DNA of 30,204 bases from positions 1-30,204 of the forward strand of contig CAYQPU010000020.1 of assembly GCA_964419615.1 (NCBI GenBank), written 5' to 3'. How positions within the stretch are numbered: the first letter of the stretch is position 1; each line of letters starts with the position of its first letter. The DNA comes from an uncultured Methanosarcinales archaeon (GTDB lineage Archaea > Nanobdellota > Nanobdellia > Woesearchaeales > JAGVZT01). This document shows positions 1 through 8,214 of this stretch, piece after piece. Below the pieces are notes generated by a model. That model was not told where the DNA came from, made no database searches, and saw nothing but the letters and a program-made list of their open reading frames with translations. Position numbers and translations under genes: made by a program.

Positions 1-22
1 TCATAGAACACATCCACAAAAA

Positions 23-43
23 CCCCCATCTTCAGATGGAGGG
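23..43. other. GC-rich hairpin just downstream of alaS (terminator-like or end of a small repeat element)
   Basis: CCC-CCATC(TTCA)GATGG-A-GGG pairs as an 8-bp stem with one bulged A; lies 7 nt past the alaS stop on the minus strand. Confidence 0.3.
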
Positions 44-49
44 AATCTG

Positions 50-2581
50 TTATTTTAATTGTTTTTTGTATTCTTTTAGTTCGTCTAGGAATCTTTTAAT
101 TGTTTTTGAAACATGAGTTGGTTGAGTTCTAAGGATTTTTGCTGTTTCCTGCAAAATATCTCCCTCATAATTTTCCTTTGAAGTGAGTTTGAGTTCAATA
201 GTGTTAATTTTCTTTTTCTTCTTGACAGCTTTTCTTGCTTTTTTCCATTTTTGGAAGAGTTCTTGTGCACGTGCAGGAATTTCATTTTGAGAAACATTCA
301 GTAGTTTGGATAGTTCTTCCAAAATTTTTTCATCTGAATGTTCTTGTTCTTGTGCTGCAGATCCTGCTACAAATTCAATTCTAACTATTCCGTCTTGCAC
401 TTTTGTTGATTTTAGGATTTTTATGTTCTTAATTTCTGATGTTTTGTTTAAATGAGTTCCACCACAAGCTTCAACATCAATTTGACCAATTTTTACTATT
501 CTTACTGTTTTTCCTGGAACAGCCCCACCTTGGTAGATTGCCATTCCAAATTTATCTTCTGCTTCTCTTCGAGGATAAAACCCTTTGGTTATTTTTAGAT
601 CTTGCTTAACAATGCGATTAGCCTTTTTTTCAATTTGTTTTAGTACATCTTCACTTAGGGACTCATAGTGAGTTATGTCCAAATGTGCCTTTTTTAATGT
701 TTTTTTTGCACCTGCTTGATTGATATGATTGCCAAGTACTTTTTTTGCTGCTGCATTTATTACATGGGTTGCTGTGTGATGTTGTGATAGTAAAGTTCTT
801 CTTTGCAGATCAACATGACTATGTACTTTTGCACCTGGTTTAAACCAAGGTTCTGTTTCGAGCACATGAACAATGATTGCACCTTGTTTGAATACATCAA
901 GAACTTCAATTTCTTCAATTTTTCCTTTGTCATGTAATTGCCCTCCTGATGTTGGGTAAAATAATGTTTGATCCAAGATTACATTTTTCCCGATTACCAT
1001 TAACACATTTGCATTGAATTCTGTTTTTTTGTAGTCATCATAGTAGTTTGCCTTTGTTTTAGGGATTCCATCAAGACTGAGTGTGTGTTCACGTGTTGTT
1101 GCATGAATTTGCTGCTTTCCTTCATGAAGACTAGATACCATTGCAAAGAAATTTGGAGGAACATTCACTTCTTTCCCAAGTTTTGCAGCTTCAGCTTTAA
1201 CCATTTCAGGGTTAATGCCTTGTGAGTCATACAGTTGCAACAAGGTTTTTGTTGTGATACTTTTTCTAATAATTTTTTCTACAACTTTTTTTGTTTTTGC
1301 CTTGGTTGCAAGGTATTTTTCTTTTTCAACATTAAGTATTGTTGAGATGTTGTCAAGATTTTTCATGAGTTCAGGAAAGATTGGCTTTAAGTATTCAGCA
1401 TGCCATTTACATATTTGACCAAGATCTATGTTCCAATCAAAACGGTCTGCAAATCCAAGACTTCTTCGGATGAGAACTCTAAGGTTGTACCCACCACCTA
1501 CATTTGATGGAAGTGCCCCATCACTTAATGAAAATAATAGAACTCTTGTGTGTTCTCCAATTGAAAATATCCCAGCCATTGGCTCAATTTTCTTTTTGAG
1601 TTCATCTACCTTTAAATTCATCTTGGTTGCAATTTCTTTCCAAGATTTTTCAACATCCTCAATTTCATCAAGATTTAGTTTACCTGCATGTGGTGCAAAT
1701 TCTTTCATGAACTCAACATCATATTTTACTTTTGTTTGTTTAAGTAGATTGGTTATTACTGTTGGAAATACTGCATCATAGATTGTGGGTGTTGCTTGTG
1801 TGAACCAAGCATTTCGTTCCATACCCATTCCCATGTCACATACTTTTAGTTTTAGATCGATTAGTTTTCCCTCTGGAGTTTGTTCATATAGCATGTAGAC
1901 TTGATTTCCAAGTTCAACTCCTCTTACAAAATATTCCATGCATGGTCCTGCATTTCCACCACCTGCCCAGGCATCTTCATGAAATGTGATTTCAGAGTCT
2001 TTTAGTCCCAATCCTTTGTTGAGCCAATCTTTTATGTCGTTAAATACTTGATCTTGATCCCAGTGTTCTTTTGCAACAAACATGTGCTGACCAATCATTA
2101 CAAATCCTGTCAAATGACTTCCAGTATAGCCTACATTATCAATGTCAGAGAACCGCATACAAAATTGTGGGATTACTAGCTTTGTTGCTGGTGGTTTTAC
2201 TTCACCAGAAATTACATACGGTTGGAATGCTGCAATTGATGCTATGGTAAATTCCATTGTTGGGTTCCATCTTGCAACAACAGGGTATCTTTTTATTGGT
2301 GTGTACCCTAATTTTGTGAAAAGTGAGGAGAATTCTTTCCAGACCAGGATATAACTTAACGGTTTTGAAGGATTATCTTTAAAAAATGTGAAACCTCCTG
2401 AGCATATTGAGTCTCCACAGACTTTTCTGTTTTTGTCTGTAGTCCAGTAATAAGTTTTACATTTAGGACATTTTTTTCTATGAAAACCAGATTTTTTCAA
2501 AACATTTGTAGCATAGTATTTATCTGGATCTTTGGATGCTTTGATTTTTAATTCTTTTTTTAGCTCTTTATCTGATTTCAT
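50..2581 (-). CDS. alaS: Alanine--tRNA ligase, archaeal type
   Basis: N-terminal Cys motif CPKC...CGD..C, VARWN...FTIASIAAFQP, QFCMRFSDIDNVG..G.HLTGFVMIGQH, FYPTSGGQLHD, editing motifs QHHTATH and EACGGTH. The ORF track starts at TTG 2623; ATG at 2581 (MKSDKELKK) is the more likely start. Confidence 0.97.
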   Translation of the reverse strand: MKSDKELKKELKIKASKDPDKYYATNVLKKSGFHRKKCPKCKTYYWTTDKNRKVCGDSICSGGFTFFKDNPSKPLSYILVWKEFSSLFTKLGYTPIKRYPVVARWNPTMEFTIASIAAFQPYVISGEVKPPATKLVIPQFCMRFSDIDNVGYTGSHLTGFVMIGQHMFVAKEHWDQDQVFNDIKDWLNKGLGLKDSEITFHEDAWAGGGNAGPCMEYFVRGVELGNQVYMLYEQTPEGKLIDLKLKVCDMGMGMERNAWFTQATPTIYDAVFPTVITNLLKQTKVKYDVEFMKEFAPHAGKLNLDEIEDVEKSWKEIATKMNLKVDELKKKIEPMAGIFSIGEHTRVLLFSLSDGALPSNVGGGYNLRVLIRRSLGFADRFDWNIDLGQICKWHAEYLKPIFPELMKNLDNISTILNVEKEKYLATKAKTKKVVEKIIRKSITTKTLLQLYDSQGINPEMVKAEAAKLGKEVNVPPNFFAMVSSLHEGKQQIHATTREHTLSLDGIPKTKANYYDDYKKTEFNANVLMVIGKNVILDQTLFYPTSGGQLHDKGKIEEIEVLDVFKQGAIIVHVLETEPWFKPGAKVHSHVDLQRRTLLSQHHTATHVINAAAKKVLGNHINQAGAKKTLKKAHLDITHYESLSEDVLKQIEKKANRIVKQDLKITKGFYPRREAEDKFGMAIYQGGAVPGKTVRIVKIGQIDVEACGGTHLNKTSEIKNIKILKSTKVQDGIVRIEFVAGSAAQEQEHSDEKILEELSKLLNVSQNEIPARAQELFQKWKKARKAVKKKKKINTIELKLTSKENYEGDILQETAKILRTQPTHVSKTIKRFLDELKEYKKQLK

Positions 2582-2662
2582 AGAAGCTTTGAAAGTATTT
2601 TTTCTTATAAATCTTGCTATCAAAGATGAATTTTTTTGTTAAATAGAATAAAAAAAAAGAAT

Positions 2663-2965
2663 TTAATAAATTTTCATAAAACTGTATGCTGTGTCTTCTG
2701 CACTTAAACTTCCAGTTTGAGTCAATTCAACTTGGTATTCACTTCCATCAAATAAAGTTCTTGCAGTGTTCATAATAATCTCATATGCAGTTCCAACAGA
2801 TTTTATATCATCTTTTCTCATTTCAAACAGTCTGCTAATATTAGAATCAGGATCAGATAGAATTTCCCACAAGCTATCTTTTGGTGCATCTGAAACATAT
2901 TTTAGTGCAAACTCTTCTCTGCCTTCGCAAATTAATCTTAATGTGGTTTCGTGTTGATTTTCCAT
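2663..2965 (-). CDS. Hypothetical protein (100 aa)
   Basis: ATG-started ORF filling the gap upstream of alaS in the same orientation; no motif recognised. Confidence 0.65.
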   Translation of the reverse strand: MENQHETTLRLICEGREEFALKYVSDAPKDSLWEILSDPDSNISRLFEMRKDDIKSVGTAYEIIMNTARTLFDGSEYQVELTQTGSLSAEDTAYSFMKIY

Positions 2966-3084
2966 AAATGTTACAACTCACCAATAGATTATAAACTTTT
3001 TGGTACAAAGTCTCAAATGTTAATTATTTCCCAAAGCTAATATTTAACGAAAATTTTAAATAAGCTTGAATATATGAAGGGTTC

Positions 3085-3699
3085 ATGAGTGATGAGGAAA
3101 AAAAGAGGATTTATGTAGTTCCTAACCCACCACTTAATTGTCTAACTATTGTTTATCAGGATGTTTTCCACTTTAAAAGTTTGTATATTTTAATGTATGA
3201 GCACTGTACCCAGCATGGTTGGCAGAGTTTTCAAGGACCATGGCAAGCTGGTGGTGGTAAGGATAAGTATGAGACAACTATTTATGATAATAGAGATCCT
3301 GGTAATAGAAAGCTTTGGATTTGGTGGAGGATGCAAAAGCCTGCAGATAACCCATATTACAAATATTTTATGAATATTAATTTTATGTTCCTTGGCTGGA
3401 AAGAGCTTGAGGTTATGCATAAGGGTACTAAGTATAAAGGTCATATTGGAGAGTTAACTGTTTTTATCAGGCCATGGATTAGATGGGACTTTGGTGACAA
3501 ATGGGATAATCATTTGTTTTTGAAACATGTGCATCCGTTTTTTGTTAATAGGATCTTTAAAGAAGATATGCTTGCTCGTGAGGATGAATTGTTGATGGAA
3601 AGTTATAGATTACAAGCTGTTATTAAGAAGTTCTTAGAACAGAAATCATTTATTCCAGATAGAGATATTTTATATGAACCTAGAAGGAAGTTTGGTTAG
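3085..3699 (+). CDS. Hypothetical protein, Trp/Tyr-rich, resembling families common in Woesearchaeota/Pacearchaeota
   Basis: 204-aa ORF with upstream TATA-like TTTAAATA; pattern Y.D.F.F..LY..M......HGW and LWIWWRM.K recalled from DPANN hypotheticals (not searched). Confidence 0.75.
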   Translation: MSDEEKKRIYVVPNPPLNCLTIVYQDVFHFKSLYILMYEHCTQHGWQSFQGPWQAGGGKDKYETTIYDNRDPGNRKLWIWWRMQKPADNPYYKYFMNINFMFLGWKELEVMHKGTKYKGHIGELTVFIRPWIRWDFGDKWDNHLFLKHVHPFFVNRIFKEDMLAREDELLMESYRLQAVIKKFLEQKSFIPDRDILYEPRRKFG

Positions 3700-3739
3700 T
3701 TGTTTGTTTTTCTTTTTTCTTAGTATTTGAATTTTATAA

Positions 3740-3827
3740 TTTTGCCACCACGGCGGATGTCGTCGCTTTGCTCCTCGTCAGACAGCCCGAAGGGCCCAAC
3801 CCCTGTCTGACCATCACCGTGGCAAAA
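3740..3827 (-). ncRNA. Candidate structured non-coding RNA of unknown family
   Basis: GC-rich island in AT-rich DNA. Stems TTTTGCCAC/GTGGCAAAA, CACGG/CCGTG, GATG/CATC and GTCAGACAG/CTGTCTGAC. On the minus strand there is a C(UUCG)G tetraloop and a U-G wobble that is a C-A mismatch on the plus strand. Minus-strand TATA-like ATATATTAAA at 3858-3849. Confidence 0.6.
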
Positions 3828-3848
3828 TACACACCCCAAATGAACCAG

Positions 3849-3880
3849 TTTAATATATTGTTTAGAGAAAACTATATAAA
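3849..3880. promoter_or_regulatory. Back-to-back archaeal TATA boxes for tRNA-Thr (+) and the candidate ncRNA (-)
   Basis: GAGAAAAC-TATATAAA (3873-3880) ends 26 nt before tRNA G1. The reverse-strand ATATATTAAA lies about 22-30 nt before the ncRNA stem. Confidence 0.6.
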
Positions 3881-3905
3881 CAAAATATTATCCCTTATAT
3901 GTTAG

Positions 3906-4008
3906 GCCTCCGTAGCATAGTAGCTATTGCGGCAGAAGATTCAGAATATCTTGAATCGTGCCGAACCTTGTAAGCTGCAGGTCGAGGGTGCAACTCCCTC
4001 CGGAGGCT
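3906..4008 (+). tRNA. tRNA-Thr(UGU) with a 30-nt intron at position 30/31
   Basis: Exons 3906-3935 and 3966-4008 give a 73-nt cloverleaf: acceptor GCCTCCG/CGGAGGC, anticodon stem GCAGC/GCTGC, loop CT-TGT-AA, T stem GAGGG/CCCTC, U73. No encoded CCA. Confidence 0.93.
3936..3965 (+). other. tRNA intron, non-canonical position 30/31
   Basis: BHB-type junction: central helix CGGC/GCCG, bulges AG|A and AA|C, inner helix GATTC/GAATC. Confidence 0.9.
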
Positions 4009-4010
4009 TT
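3998..4010 (+). repeat. attL (3' end of tRNA-Thr)
   Basis: CTCCGGAGGCTTT, identical to 10970-10982; contains the 8-bp palindrome CTCCGGAG. Confidence 0.85.
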
Positions 4011-4029
4011 TTTTCTTGTATTTAATGTT

Positions 4030-4041
4030 TTAACTTATACA
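4030..4041 (+). promoter_or_regulatory. Element-specific motif, copy 1 of 4 (TTAACTTATACA)
   Basis: Also at 5322-5335 (+), 9912-9923 (-) and 10022-10034 (-). This copy is part of the dyad TTAACT-TATAC-AGTTAA. Confidence 0.55.
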
Positions 4042-4074
4042 GTTAAGTGTCTGTGTTTTTAAACCACAGATTGT

Positions 4075-5325
4075 ATGTTTTCTCCACACAGGAGAATGAG
4101 AAAAAACCAAATATACAACCGTAAGAATATATACAAAAATGAGCTGAGGAGGCTTACTGAAGCTGAAATTTCTGAGTCAAATAGTGAATGCATTATTAGG
4201 TTCCACAACTATCTTAGAGCCAACAAAAATAGTGAGCAAAGGATTGTTAAGCTCTCATCACAGCTAAGGAAGATTGCCAAAATTCTTGATAAAAGCTTTG
4301 AGAGTGCTACTAGACAGGATATTGAAAAGGTGTTAGCTGAGATTTATACCTCAACTTATACACGAAGAGGGCAATCTCCCAAAAGCTACTCACCATCCAC
4401 CAAAAAGGACTATGGTAGAATTCTAAAGCAGTTCTACAGGTGGATTGAAGGCACTGAGAAGATACCAGACAGGGTTGCATGGATAGACACAAAACTAGCT
4501 CAGAATGAGTCAATTCTCAATATGGAGCTTATCACATGGGATGATATTAACAAATGTACCGAAGTAGCTGACAATCCAAAAGATGTTGCTTTTATCAATT
4601 TCATATATGAGGCAGGGCCAAGAATCGGAGAGATGCTAAATATGAAAATATCAGATGTTATATTTAATAAGCAATATGCAAAAGTACGGCTAGTTGGTAA
4701 AACCGGCGAGCGTTGGATCCCAATCGTTATTTCTACACCTTACCTTGCCCAGTATTTGAACACCCATCCAAAGAATAATGACACAGATTTCTTCTGGTTA
4801 AGCAGCAGTGACAAGAACAGAAATACTCCATTGAAGTATACAGGTGCAGTTATGCTTATAAGAAAATTATTCAGAAAAGCAGGAATCAGTAAACGATGCA
4901 ATTGTCACAGTTTTCGACACAGCCGAGCCACTGATTTGGCCACAAAACTCACTGAGCCTCAGCTACGCTTATTCTTCGGCTGGACACGCTCTAGTGATAC
5001 TCCGTCATTCTATTGCCATCTTAGTGGACGAGACCTTGAGTCACCAATTCTTGCACTAAATGGTATTGGAGATGAAGAAGAAACTGAAAACAATAAGCCA
5101 GTTATATGTACATTATGCAAGAATGTGAACAAGCCAAAATCCAGTTTCTGCTCAAGTTGCGGTTATGGGCTATCTGTCAAATCTGTTCTGGATGCTGAAG
5201 TTAAAGCCAAGGAAGAGGTCAACAAAACTATTGAGTATTTTATGGAGCTGTCAAAGAATCCACAACTGCTAGCTGAGTTCCAAAAATTCAAGCGAGAATA
5301 TGAAAGTAGACTCAGGAAGGGTTAA
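4075..5325 (+). CDS. Tyrosine recombinase/integrase with C-terminal double zinc ribbon
   Basis: Catalytic set R (GPRIGE), K (VGKTG), HxxR (HSFRH), W (FFGW), Y (FYCHL). C-terminal CTLC...CSSC. The true start may be ATG 4096. Confidence 0.95.
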   Translation: MFSPHRRMRKNQIYNRKNIYKNELRRLTEAEISESNSECIIRFHNYLRANKNSEQRIVKLSSQLRKIAKILDKSFESATRQDIEKVLAEIYTSTYTRRGQSPKSYSPSTKKDYGRILKQFYRWIEGTEKIPDRVAWIDTKLAQNESILNMELITWDDINKCTEVADNPKDVAFINFIYEAGPRIGEMLNMKISDVIFNKQYAKVRLVGKTGERWIPIVISTPYLAQYLNTHPKNNDTDFFWLSSSDKNRNTPLKYTGAVMLIRKLFRKAGISKRCNCHSFRHSRATDLATKLTEPQLRLFFGWTRSSDTPSFYCHLSGRDLESPILALNGIGDEEETENNKPVICTLCKNVNKPKSSFCSSCGYGLSVKSVLDAEVKAKEEVNKTIEYFMELSKNPQLLAEFQKFKREYESRLRKG

Positions 5326-5335
5326 CTTATACAAT
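5322..5335 (+). promoter_or_regulatory. Element-specific motif, copy 2 of 4
   Basis: TTAACTTATACAAT overlapping the integrase stop, upstream of the primase gene. Confidence 0.55.
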
Positions 5336-5452
5336 CTTACTAACATATATTTAAAGTTACATTGTTAAATAATTTGTAAGATATTAACTCAAAGTAAGAA
5401 CTTACGTATGCAAAATTCTGCCAACAATAGTTAAAACAGTAGAGGGAACTAT

Positions 5453-6649
5453 ATGAAGATAGACGCAATAAGAAAACACTATAAATTCTTGCAACATAAA
5501 AATCAGACTGAGATAAGAGCAATCAAAAAAGGTGAAATCCCAAAGATTGTGTTTGTTAAAACTCAGGAGGAGTTTGAAGAAAATGTTGTATCTCTAAACT
5601 CTAGAGGATATGATGTATATGTAGGAGTTCATGAAAGAAAAATTGGAGGTACAAAAGATGCTGATGTGACTTCATGCAAATGTGTATTTGTGGATTTTGA
5701 TTGTGATAATCATCATGAAGTTAGTAAGTTTGAACAATTTTGTGAAAAGAACAAGTTGAGATATGCTTATAAGATTAGAACAAGTCCAGGTGCCTGTTAT
5801 CATTATTATTTTCCCATCCCAGAAATTACTGGGCACAAAGATATTAAAAATAGTCTAAAAAGAGCTAAAAAAGTATTCACAAAAAGTGGAATCTGTGAAG
5901 GCATTGACCCAGTTGTTTACAATCCATCACGTATTATGAGGGTCTGGGGTACTCACAATAAAAAGGAGGACCGAGATAACTTTGAAGTAAGAATAATTGA
6001 GGAACAGGATATAACAGAAGAAGAGCAGAGGCACAATTACCAACAAATTACAGACCTTGCCAGCAAGATTATAAGTAGTACAAATTCAAGGCAAAGAACA
6101 GACACAGCTCCAATACATTGCCCAATAATGCATGCTGTTGTGAACAATGAAATCACTAAAAAGGATGTTGAAAAAAACAATGTTTTATTTAAGAATGCAG
6201 CTATATACTACTTCTATCGCAAAGGTGATACTGAAGAAACCAGAAAAATTTTGCATAGTATTGCCACAACTCAAAAACATGATGCTAGGGAGATATTAAG
6301 TTGGTTTGATAAGGCAAGTAAAGGTGATATGAGCTTTAATTGTCTCGAGATAATTAAATGGCAAAACAGAAACAAACTGGAATTAGCAGATTGTCAAGCT
6401 TGCTATAATCAGCAAATATTACATGATAATACAATCTTCAGATTCAACAGGGGAGAAGGTAAAAGTAAGCAAGTTCAAACAATCAGAGATATTGCAAGCA
6501 AATACAAGCAGAGGGGTAATTCAATATTAAGTGCCTGTACAGAACTATCAATAATGCTTACAGGAGTTCCAGGCTGCATCGACACAATGGATATCCTCAT
6601 TGATGCAACAGTACAAAGGTTTATAACTGAAAAGCGGAGAAATAAATAA
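5453..6649 (+). CDS. RepB-like/AEP-superfamily primase(-polymerase) with a Cys-containing C-terminal domain
   Basis: DxD motif (VFVDFD), TSPG..YHYYF and SRIMRVWGTHNKK, matching the RepB'/AEP primase motifs. Cys223, 297, 314 and 317 lie C-terminally. Confidence 0.8.
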   Translation: MKIDAIRKHYKFLQHKNQTEIRAIKKGEIPKIVFVKTQEEFEENVVSLNSRGYDVYVGVHERKIGGTKDADVTSCKCVFVDFDCDNHHEVSKFEQFCEKNKLRYAYKIRTSPGACYHYYFPIPEITGHKDIKNSLKRAKKVFTKSGICEGIDPVVYNPSRIMRVWGTHNKKEDRDNFEVRIIEEQDITEEEQRHNYQQITDLASKIISSTNSRQRTDTAPIHCPIMHAVVNNEITKKDVEKNNVLFKNAAIYYFYRKGDTEETRKILHSIATTQKHDAREILSWFDKASKGDMSFNCLEIIKWQNRNKLELADCQACYNQQILHDNTIFRFNRGEGKSKQVQTIRDIASKYKQRGNSILSACTELSIMLTGVPGCIDTMDILIDATVQRFITEKRRNK

Positions 6650-6650
6650 G

Positions 6651-7571
6651 ATGGCAAAAAAGAGGAAAAAAGACAGGAGTATGTTCTGGAATTATTTCTT
6701 ATACTGTTTTGGGATGGTTCTTGTTGGTAGCTATGTTGTTGTAGCTAAGAACTTAACAGAACAATTGCCTGTTTTCTTTACTATAGGTATAAGATTCTTA
6801 ATAGCCACACCTGTGTTTTTTCTAATAATCAAACTCAGAAAAGAAAAATTTCCCAAACTTACAAGAAAGGACTTGTGGTATTTGTTTCTTCAGTCAGCAA
6901 CAGGAATATTCCTATTCAACATTTTTCTATTCTATGGCTTGAAATACAGTAAGGGAGTTGAAGCAGGCATTGTCTTAAGTCTTTCACCAGCTTTAGTGGC
7001 TATTCTTGCATATTTTTTACTCAAAGAAAAGATTGGATTCAATAAGGTAATCGGAGTAGTATTAACAATTATGGGAATAATAACTATCAATCTTAATAAC
7101 ATTCTGGGTACAGGTGATGGTTTTGCCTCATTCCAGCTTCTTGGGGTGATACTTATCTTAGGAGTGGCATTTTGTGAGGCTTTGTTCACAATATTTGGCA
7201 AATATAATTCTGGGAATATGTCTCCATATCAATTATCCTATGCTATTACTCTTATTGCACTAGTTTTGTTCCTCCCCATATTTATTATTGAGGCAATAAA
7301 TGTGGATTATACAATCTTCACACTTCAGTTAATATTCTCTCTTACATACTACATAATTTTCACAGGGATCATATCATATGTTGTTGTTTATTATGCGCTT
7401 AAGCATTTAGAGGCTTCAGTTGCTGGAGTTCTTACAGGACTAATTCCCATCTCTGGAATTCTGCTATCAATCTTTTTCTTAGGAGAGACAGTCAGTGCTA
7501 TGTTTGTTCTAGGAGCTGCAATTAGTCTAATTGGTATGTATATAACAACAAAGAAGGAACATAAAAAATGA
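6651..7571 (+). CDS. EamA/DMT-family transporter
   Basis: About 10 hydrophobic segments in two repeats; RFLIA, GLKY..GVEAGIVLSLSPALVAILAYFLLKEKI, LFLGET-type terminal motif. Confidence 0.93.
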   Translation: MAKKRKKDRSMFWNYFLYCFGMVLVGSYVVVAKNLTEQLPVFFTIGIRFLIATPVFFLIIKLRKEKFPKLTRKDLWYLFLQSATGIFLFNIFLFYGLKYSKGVEAGIVLSLSPALVAILAYFLLKEKIGFNKVIGVVLTIMGIITINLNNILGTGDGFASFQLLGVILILGVAFCEALFTIFGKYNSGNMSPYQLSYAITLIALVLFLPIFIIEAINVDYTIFTLQLIFSLTYYIIFTGIISYVVVYYALKHLEASVAGVLTGLIPISGILLSIFFLGETVSAMFVLGAAISLIGMYITTKKEHKK

Positions 7572-8053
7572 GCAAGTTTATCATAATAAGAGGCCCTCTT
7601 GGATGTGGAAAAACAACTGTTGCGAGAGAATTAGCTAAACAGCTGAATGCAAAGCTAGTAGAGATTGACAAAGTACTTGAACAAGCAGGTTTGGATAAGG
7701 TAGATCCCAAATTAGAGTGTATTCCAGCAGAAAACTTTTTGAAAGCGACAGAAAATACTTTGGCTGAATGTAAGTCTGAATTAAACAAAGGCAGAATAGT
7801 GATATTTGATGGATGTTTTTATCATAAGGAGCAGATACAACAGTTAAAAGACAACTTGGGTAGAGGTTATGTTTTTAGTCTAAAAGCACCACTTAATGTA
7901 TGTATTGAAAGGGATAAAGCTAGATCAAACAGCTATGGAGAGGAAGCAGCAAAAGCGGTCTATGAATTGGTCTCTAAATTGGAATATGGAATTCCAATAG
8001 ATGTCTCAAAACCACTGAACTTATGTGTAAAAGATATTCTTAAAAGGATGTGA
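7568..8053 (+). CDS. P-loop nucleotide-kinase-like protein (AAA_33/gluconate-kinase-like fold)
   Basis: Walker A GPLGCGKTT, VIFDG, lid L.A....CIERD..R; ATGA overlap with the EamA gene. Confidence 0.85.
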   Translation: MSKFIIIRGPLGCGKTTVARELAKQLNAKLVEIDKVLEQAGLDKVDPKLECIPAENFLKATENTLAECKSELNKGRIVIFDGCFYHKEQIQQLKDNLGRGYVFSLKAPLNVCIERDKARSNSYGEEAAKAVYELVSKLEYGIPIDVSKPLNLCVKDILKRM

Positions 8054-8214
8054 AATAACAGTATGAGTGCCGAGACTGGAAGGGTACTTTGAATTGCAGT
8101 AAGTCTTTGGGAACATTGTTTTGTTTACTAAAGCATCTAAGGTAAAAACCTCCACTCCCTTAATCTAGGTACAAAAGAGCAAACTTTATATTGTAGGGAT
8201 ATAGAATACCCCTT

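Noticed and set aside
3740-3827. Assignment as hammerhead ribozyme, SRP RNA, 5S rRNA, SECIS or tRNA-Sec
   Set aside because: CTGACGA is present on the minus strand but the GAAA core is not. The SRP AGCA motif is absent, the segment is too short for 5S, and there is no cloverleaf.
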